A DNA stretch of 64,000 nucleotides from the human T2T-CHM13v2.0 reference genome, Homo sapiens: NCBI RefSeq assembly GCF_009914755.1, contig NC_060927.1; one strand, written 5' to 3'. The translations under genes and the position numbers were made by a program. The notes under the pieces were generated by a model. That model made no database searches. It was given only the letters and a program-made list of their open reading frames with translations, and was not told where the DNA came from. Positions 54,832 through 64,000 of this stretch are shown one piece after another (position 1 is the stretch's first letter; each line of letters opens with the position of its first letter).

Positions 54832-55155
<324 letters not shown>

Positions 55156-55443
55156 AGCAGCAACCAAGATGTCCTTTAATGGGTGAATGGATAAACAAAC
55201 TGTGGCACATCCATTCAATGGGATATTATTCAGTGATAAAAAGAAATGAGCTAGTAAGCCATGGAAAGATATGGAGAAACCTTAAATGCATATTATTACG
55301 TTAAAGAAGCCAATCTGAAAAGGCTGTATACTGTATGATTCTAAGTATATAACATTCTAGAAAAGGCAAAACTATAGAAATAGTAAAAAGATCAGCGGCG
55401 GCCAGGGGCTGGAGGAGAGGGAAGGATAAATAGGTGGAGCACG

Positions 55444-55777
<334 letters not shown>

Positions 55778-56746
55778 CTATTTTGTGTGATTCTGTAATG
55801 GTGGATATATGACATCACGCATTTTTCAAAACTCAGAATGTTCATCACCAAGTGAACCCTAATGAACCCTAATGCAATCTATGAACTTTAGTTAAAAATC
55901 ATGTTATCAATATTGGCTCATCAATTGTAGCAAATGTTTCATGCTGATGCAAGATGTTAGTAATAGGGAAAATGGCTGTGTGTGCATATGTGTGGGTAGG
56001 CGTGAGAGCATATATGGGAACTCCCTGTACTTTCCACTCAGTTGTTCTGTAAATTTAAAACTGTTCAAAAAAAAATTAAGTTTCCTAATTCAAAAAACAC
56101 ACACAAAACACATGTGAAGGGCCTCTTGCCCTGGCCAGGTCCCCGGGCCCCATTGCAACATTTCGTGGATTTGGCTTAGTTTCCTGATGGTTTGCACCCT
56201 GGGTTTTCTGAACTTCAAAGGACCCTGGCTACCTGAGGTGTTCATTCCTACCTGTTGCCTGTCTTGACCATCTTCAAAATCACCTGCAGTGATAGACAAG
56301 CTCTGCCCACACCAGGAATGTTTCAGCTTCTCCCACAGGTTTACCCATAGTACCTTGAGCCTTTGTGTCTCTGAGTGACAATTTCCTCATCCATAAAATG
56401 GACATAACGACACAATCTGTCTTTACACTTGTTCTCATGCAACCCACCTGTACCAAGTTCCTTCCTTGTGCCAGGCACTGTTCCAGGCACAAGGGCTGCT
56501 GCTGTGAAGAAAAGAGACAAAACTCCCTGCCCATGTGGGCTTCTATTCTAGCAAATGGATTAGTAGGAAAACTCATGGAATTTCTAAAATAGTATTTGGC
56601 TCATAGCAGGTGCTTGATAAATACCAGCAACTGTAGCGGTGAGCCCACTGCCTCTACTGGGACAAGAGCTATCATTCGGGGCTTGGCAGGAAACACCTGT
56701 GCAAACCCTAGAAATGCCATCCCCAGGCAGGCTGCAGCAACTTTAT

Positions 56747-56765
56747 GCCCCAGCAGATGGCAGCA
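56747..56765 (+). promoter_or_regulatory. Candidate CTCF binding site
   Basis: gccCCAGCAGATGGCAGCA fits CCASYAGRKGGCRSYA; TGCAG at 56733 at upstream-motif spacing. Confidence 0.6.
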
Positions 56766-57228
56766 GCTGCAGACACATCCCATGGTGGCCCTGAGCGCCT
56801 GCTAAGGGGAGGGAGGAGGGATGGGCTGATGAATGAGAGGCTCAGACTGTTATCCTCTGGATCACAACAAAATCCTGTTCTTTCCTCCTGAAAACAGAGC
56901 TCCTTATCTTATCGAGTCATCTCTAGCTTTGTCCTTTCAAAAGCAGCCACTTAACCCCCTGCAGCAGGGAGACAAATCCTTCCCAGCCCTGCAAGTCAGA
57001 ACTGAGGTTTCAACTGCTGAATTTGAAAGCGGAAACCACCTGAGAATTTAGTGGGTTCAGAGGGTCACAAAGTCAAAGGCCTCTAGGGGCCAGGTAGGGA
57101 ATGATTGCATGAGCAGGAGGAAAGAGGAGAATTGGCTGAAAGGCTAAAGATGCCTCGCAAAGCTCTTCCTGGCTCCACCGGATCACCCCAAATGCTGGGA
57201 GGAGCCAGATATCTGGACTGTGATGTGA

Positions 57229-57548
<320 letters not shown>

Positions 57549-57899
57549 TGTTGCTCCATTTTCAGAGCACAGTGTTGGCCCAAGAACTTCTCTGACAATT
57601 GGATTTGGCCTGAGCTCTTTAAGTTGTGACCCCTGACACTTCACTTGAGCTATTTCCAGATAAATTACACGTCCTGATGGAAGCCCAAAGAGGAGTGTTT
57701 ATTTGCTGAAGGCCACCCTTTGAGTTGGGCACAGGCCAGAGTTAAACTGAGTTCCCTTTGCTGGTTCTGCTTGTAAAGCTGCAACCCTCTGCCATTAAGT
57801 GGGGTGTGTTTATGTGTGTGTCTGAGAAGAAAAGCGAAGTGGTAAAAATATGGAGTGTAGCCTGAGATAACTGCAACTGGTATTATTACTTCTCAACTA

Positions 57900-58120
57900 T
57901 AGATAATAACAGCACTAACAATGCTGAACAATTGATTGGGCATAGGTGCCAGGCACTGGGCTGAGAGTACTTTCCATGGATTAACTAATTGCATCCTCGT
58001 ACCCAGCCCAGGAAGACATTGTCATTATCCCCGTGTCATACAGGTGGAAAGGAGGGCATGGAGTGATCTTCCGAGAATTGCTGAGCTGGAAGTGGTAGGA
58101 TCTTAATCCTTTTGCTTTGA
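57900..58120 (-). mobile_element. MIR
   Basis: gtgccaggcactgggctgagagtactttccatggattaactaatt. Confidence 0.7.
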
Positions 58121-58215
58121 CAAGGGAGTGATCAAAGGAGAGCTCTCTTCCTGGCCTCTTGGCCCAGGGGCCACCCCAGGGAGGAGACTGGAGGGATGGT
58201 ACCCTGAGATGGGGG

Positions 58216-58765
58216 TGCTGTAGGAAAGGGTTCACAATCCAGACCCCAAGAGAGGGTTCTTGGATCTTGCCCAAGAAAGAATTCAGGGCGAGTCAGTAAA
58301 GTGAAAGCAAGTTTATTAGGAAAGTAAAGGAACAAAAGAATGACTTCTCCATAGATAGAACAGCCCTGAGGGCTGTTGGTTGCCCATTTTTATGGTTATT
58401 TCTTGATGATATGCTAAACAAGGGGTGGATTCTTCGTGCCTCCCCTTTTTAGACCCCATAGGGTAAACTTCCTGATGTCGCCATGGCATTTGTAAACTGT
58501 CATGGTGCTTGTGGGAGTGTAACAGTGAGGACGACCAGAGGTCACCCTCATCACCATCTTGGTTTTGGTGGGCTTGGGCCGGTTTCTTTACTGCAAAGTG
58601 TTTTATCAGCAAGGTCTTTGTGACCTGTATTTTATGCTGACCTCCCATCTCATCCTGAGACTTAGAATGCCTTAACCGTCTGGGAATGCAGCACAGCAGG
58701 TTTCGGCCTCATTTTACCCAGCTCCTATTCAAGATGGAGTTGTTCTGGTTCACGCGCCTCTGACA
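58216..58765 (-). mobile_element. MER41A solo LTR (ERV1)
   Basis: atccagaccccaagagagggttcttggatct ... caagatggagttgttctggttcacgcgcctctgaca; TSD gggg. Confidence 0.95.
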
Positions 58766-59289
58766 GGGGGAGCCAGGACCCAGGCTTGCTGGGAAGGGGT
58801 TTGGAGAGAGCGTTTCCTCCCCACCTGGCCTGCAGGCATCACAGCTGACAACTTTCTACCTCTCTGCATCCTCAGATAACCTTCCTGGGGAAGGTGACAA
58901 ATGACACAGGAAAGAGAAACAGGCCTAGACCAGGAAAACTGGGAGGAAGGGTAAGAAATTTGCTCTGGCTTCCTGACAGAGACCGACCCCAGATGGGCCC
59001 TGGGGACTCCAGTGAGGCAAGGGGGTCCTCTGGGGAGCTTCAGAGCCTGCTAGAAGTGAGTGGAATGCCTGTTGGTTCTGCCAGGACACTGGTGACACAG
59101 CATATGGACTAGAAGCAGGAGGGTAAGGGCAGCCAGCACCAAGTCTCTTCCCACCCCTCTCTGCTCAAGATTCTTCCAACGTCCTCTTACAATAACTCGC
59201 TCCCCGCTCTCCTGCCTCACATTCAGACATAAACTCAATATTCAGTGCTTTTCTAGTATTTTCTAGCTTGCCAGAACTCTCAGAGTTGT

Positions 59290-59430
59290 AATGCTGTATC
59301 TGGACTCTCCCTTCTCAGTATTTACTAGTTTATCGCTTAGGTAAGTCTCGTAACATCCCCGAGCTCACTTTTCTCATCTGTAAAATGGGATAACAATACT
59401 TACTTTACAGGTTACGGTTCTTGTGAATTT
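59290..59430 (+). mobile_element. MIR fragment
   Basis: ttttctcatctgtaaaatgggataacaatac. Confidence 0.75.
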
Positions 59431-59679
59431 TCCCTCCAGGGTAAGATTTGCACTTTAATAGAATTTTTCAATGCCTTAAGTTGAATGAATGATGAATAGA
59501 GGGGGCTGCAGCAGAAACCAGGCTGCCAGTGCACATGTGCAGCTTGGAGGTGCTGCGGTGCTGATGCCGAGGAAAACTAGGACACAGAACACGAGACACC
59601 GTCATTTGGAATCACTTCTTCTCTCCTTTACCTTCTATACACACACCCCTCAAACCATCAGAGTTAGAGATGCCTTGAG

Positions 59680-59860
59680 TCAGGACTGTGCTTTTCCTCT
59701 CCATATTTCCCGATATGTAAAATGAAATCATAACAACCATCATAGCCATGTCCTAGGGTTGTGATTGTGAGGACTGAATGAGTTAATGCACATAAAACCC
59801 TCACCGCAATGCCTAACACCTAGGAAGCACTATATATGGGTTACTTGCATAATTACTGGG
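59680..59860 (+). mobile_element. MIR fragment
   Basis: tgtaaaatg...gtgaggactgaatgagttaatgcacataaaac. Confidence 0.7.
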
Positions 59861-61002
59861 TTGGCCTTAAGTCTCAGTTCCTACAAATGTGAGCTATTAG
59901 TGAACGTTATTCCTCCTGTTCAAACTTGCATTTGAAGATATACGTGTGTCACATTTCCTGAAATCTTGAAGGTCTCTCAAACGTCATTTACATTTGGATT
60001 CAGAGGGAACTATACTTAATCTATGCACTATTGTTAGCATAAAGCAGCTTGCTGCATTGGGAAAGACACAGGGGCAGATGATTCAGAGCTTGCTGACCTT
60101 GGAGCTGTGTGACCTTGGACAAGGTGAGAAACAGGAATAATTCATGGAGTCTTTTAAGGGTCAAATGGCATCATGGATGTGAAAGGTAAAAACCTTAAGA
60201 AAAGAGTAGAAAGCTCTTATTACTAACACTGCCAAGTGGATTCCTAGGAAGTGGGACGAGGGGATTTTCCCTGCTTCTGCTCCCTAAACTCAGCATCTCA
60301 TACATCAGTAGATGTGGGTGGGGTGACTGGCCCGGGATAGCACACACGGCTGCTTAAAGCTGGCCCGTGGAGATGTTTTGGCTTAAGGATCACAGCATGG
60401 AAGGGAACACATATGGCCTTTTCTTGCTGAGAAAGGAAGATGATAAGCCTTATTCTTGTTCTACCACATCCAGCCACAGTATGGAGCAGTGGGACGCCGG
60501 GATATTTTAATGGGAGCAGGGTATCTCTTAGCAACCCGCGTCTTTGCTTCATTCTGTGGAATTCCTGAACCTCTCCGCACTGAAGTTTTCTTATCGGTAG
60601 AATGGGGATACCACACATATAGGGTATTGGAAACATTAAATGCAATGATGCTTGTAATTGATGAGCAGAGTACCTTCAATAGCATGTGGGAGCAAATGGT
60701 AGCTATGAATCTGGGACAGTGTTGAGCACAGAATGAACGAGAAACCTTTTGTTATAGTACCAAGGCTCAGAAGAGCTTAGTTTGTATTTGGATCTGATTC
60801 TTGGGCAAGACACTTACTTAGCATCTCAGTTTCCACAACTATGAAATAACCAAATCAGAATTTCCTAAAATGTTTCTGCAAAATATCTAAAAATAAGGGA
60901 TGGCCCTTTAGATGTCCCATAAAGAGGATGCTGTGGCCATGAAGTCTGAGGAAAAGCTCCATCATCTCTTGTTCAGAGATTTCCAACAGGGGTGGGCATT
61001 AC

Positions 61003-61413
61003 CAGGTCCAGCACAGCTAGCCTGTGCCAGCTCACAAGATTGTTACAGTTTCAGAAATTTTGTGAGCCGGTTTTTAAACACAGCCATCATTAAAAATTAA
61101 GTTACATAAACGGACAAATCATATTAAACACAAATATAGTAAAGACTCAAAACTTTTCACTTCCTGTGTTACTACATTTCACTAGTATCTATGCTTTTGA
61201 GGACATGATGTTTATTGTATCTGTAGAATGGAAATACTACAGAATGGAGTGCTACTGCGTATCTCTTGTCCACTGTGCATTCAGTGACATCACATCCGTA
61301 GCTTGAAATCAGTCATGGCAGGAGTATTATACTCCAGAAGCTGATAAATGCTACAAATCACGGCGATTTTATTTGAGAGAGAAGGTTGTTAAACATTTAC
61401 CAGCACACTATTG
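61003..61413. mobile_element. MER63B-like (hAT-Blackjack)
   Basis: ttttgtgagccggtttttaaacacagccatcattaaaaatt ... gttgttaaacatttaccagcacac. Confidence 0.85.
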
Positions 61414-61543
61414 GCCCATGATTAGCTTATTAAAGACCCCAGCAAGTTCAGCAATACACTCAGTTAACTAGGTAATTTTCAAACCTTTTGGACCAGAGAA
61501 CTACTTCATAGACAGCTTTTAGAAAACATTTGGTGATGTCTGA

Positions 61544-61838
<295 letters not shown>

Positions 61839-63700
61839 AGAAAACATTTGATAATGTTTGAAATGCAGCACTGGCTGATCCTATCGCCCCTTTCTGCCAT
61901 TTTCCTGAGAGGGTGCAATTGCTGAGTTACCATGTTGCAATGCGCACCTGGTTAACTGAAGGCTCCGTTCAATGCTCACTTCACCCACTTACCGAGAAAG
62001 GAGCTCCCTGTCACAATTCCATGAGATTTACAGACTTCTCCCCTTGCCAATGAAAGTTTTTTGCATTCTTCACATTTGTGAAATGTACCACCTGCCACGT
62101 GTCTTTGCATGTGTCATTCTGCTGCCTAAACGCTACCCTTTCCTTGTCCCTCTTTATTCTTGAGATCTTAGACATAGGTTTTAAGGGGCGATCTGAGCTT
62201 TTGGTCAAGTTAGATTCCTCTGAGCCCTGAGATTTCTTCCACTCCTCTGACATTCCCGTAGAACCCTGCTCCTTGTCTTCAGGGTGACTTTCTTTAGTTG
62301 GTAATTATACATTTGTATCCAGGGTGTGGTGGATGAAATATTAGCATAAACTCTTTGTAGCTCTTACCATTAAATTTATTTCCCCATTCCTTGAATGACT
62401 GGGGCTGGCCTTGTAACATGCTCTGACCCATGGAATATGGAGGCCCTACCCCTCCTGGCATGCTGCCCTGTGACCTCCATGCTGGTCAGCCCAGCAGCAG
62501 TGGAGAAAAGGACAGAGAAGAACTGAGATCATGCTGAGGTGTCTCACGTGAAAAATCAGCTCATGAAGGGAGAAATAGCCTTGGGAGCCAGACCATCCTT
62601 GTGAGGGGAGGCTTCCAGTTTATTTTGTTCCCATTCATTACATCAGCACCTGATCCAGATTTTAGATTTTTCTCATGCCAGCTCTGTGTATGGTGAGATG
62701 TACGGGAAGTTTAAATAGCTCCACACAGTGTAGTATTTTGTATGTGTTAGCTCGAGCTGCATGCTAGGGGCAGACTGCTACCCAGATGAGAAATTTATAC
62801 ACCAGGGCAATCAGCTTGGTTTTAATCAGAAAGGATTTCAGAAACATTGATTCTAAAAGCATTGCTAATCCTTGCGTGAAATCCAGAGTCTTTGGTCATT
62901 CACAAAATGAACATTAGAAATATGTTCTGTTAAAATTAGAGGTTTTAAATTAACATATTAGATGCTGTAAGTGGATTCTCCTTGGGCAATTTAGTGGTAG
63001 TCAGGATACATGGCTTGGCCAGAGCATTGTGGGGCCAGTCCTCTGCCCTTGTAAGAGGGTAGAAAGTCCAGGGAGGCCTGCAGTGGGTACTCTCAGGGAT
63101 GACACTGGAGACTTTGTCTCCTGGTCTCCTGCTGCTGCCTCGAGGCTAGTGTCATGCCTGCTGCATGTGAACCTTTTTAGGAAAGGTGAGGTTAAAAGGG
63201 CAAAGACCTGGGACTTCATCCAGCTTGCAAAAACATTTTCTATAAGCCATTTTATGCCTTGTATTTAATAAGTACGTTTAAATAATATATCTGTAATATA
63301 TGGGCCACAACTTGGAGACTTGCTTACATTATAACTTGGCCTTCACTTGCAAAAAGTGAAGACGTTGATTGATCTACTTTTTTTAAAGCTTTTTCCAGAT
63401 CATGGCACATGGAAGGAAAACTGAAACAGAGAATGGCAGTGTTACTGAAGAGATGTGATGAGACTGGAGTTAGGTCTGATAACATGGCTGGAATTTACAG
63501 GGCAGAGTTCTAGAGAAGTAGCAGTCATACAGAGAAGAAGCTTCTGAAATCTGCTCAGAAAAAAAAAAAAAAAAAGAAGCTTCAGGAATCCTAGACTCTT
63601 TGGGTACCAAGTGACAAGTATGCAGCACACGAATCCAGGTGGCTAGGAAAAGAACAAAGCTATGAGCTGAATTGAGATTTGGAGCTTGTATGGAACTGAG

Positions 63701-63998
<298 letters not shown>

Positions 63999-64000
63999 TG

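Overview
Human (primate) non-coding genomic DNA, dominated by interspersed repeats. I find no credible protein-coding gene: the ORFs in the track fall in Alu/L1/LTR sequence or are short, unrecognisable frames. Recognisable content: about 20 Alu-family elements (AluJ, AluS, monomers and one near-consensus human-specific AluYa5), a full-length 7SL (SRP RNA) retrocopy, a ~8.3 kb ancient L1M that still carries its 5' region and hosts nested insertions, several 3' L1 fragments, L2/MIR relics, many solo LTRs (two MER41A, MER4A, MER57, MER31/67-like, MER50, MER76-like, THE1D, several MLT1, LTR16/33-like) and DNA-transposon fossils (MER20, MER81, Charlie1, MER58A, MER53, MER3, MER44/Tigger7, MER63). 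The most unusual signals are repair or rearrangement scars: a 41-bp local templated insertion ending in a fold-back, an ~85-bp intra-L1 copy flanked by a 14-bp direct repeat, a TSD-less Alu joining two unrelated truncated repeats, and an orphan poly(A) with TSD. There are also a strong CTCF motif, a small CpG-retaining patch and three splice-consensus candidate exons on the minus strand that could belong to a lncRNA (unproven). I do not see evidence for a new biological system. Repeat names come from my recall of consensus sequences, so subfamily calls and the boundaries of old repeats are approximate. I could not identify the chromosomal locus.
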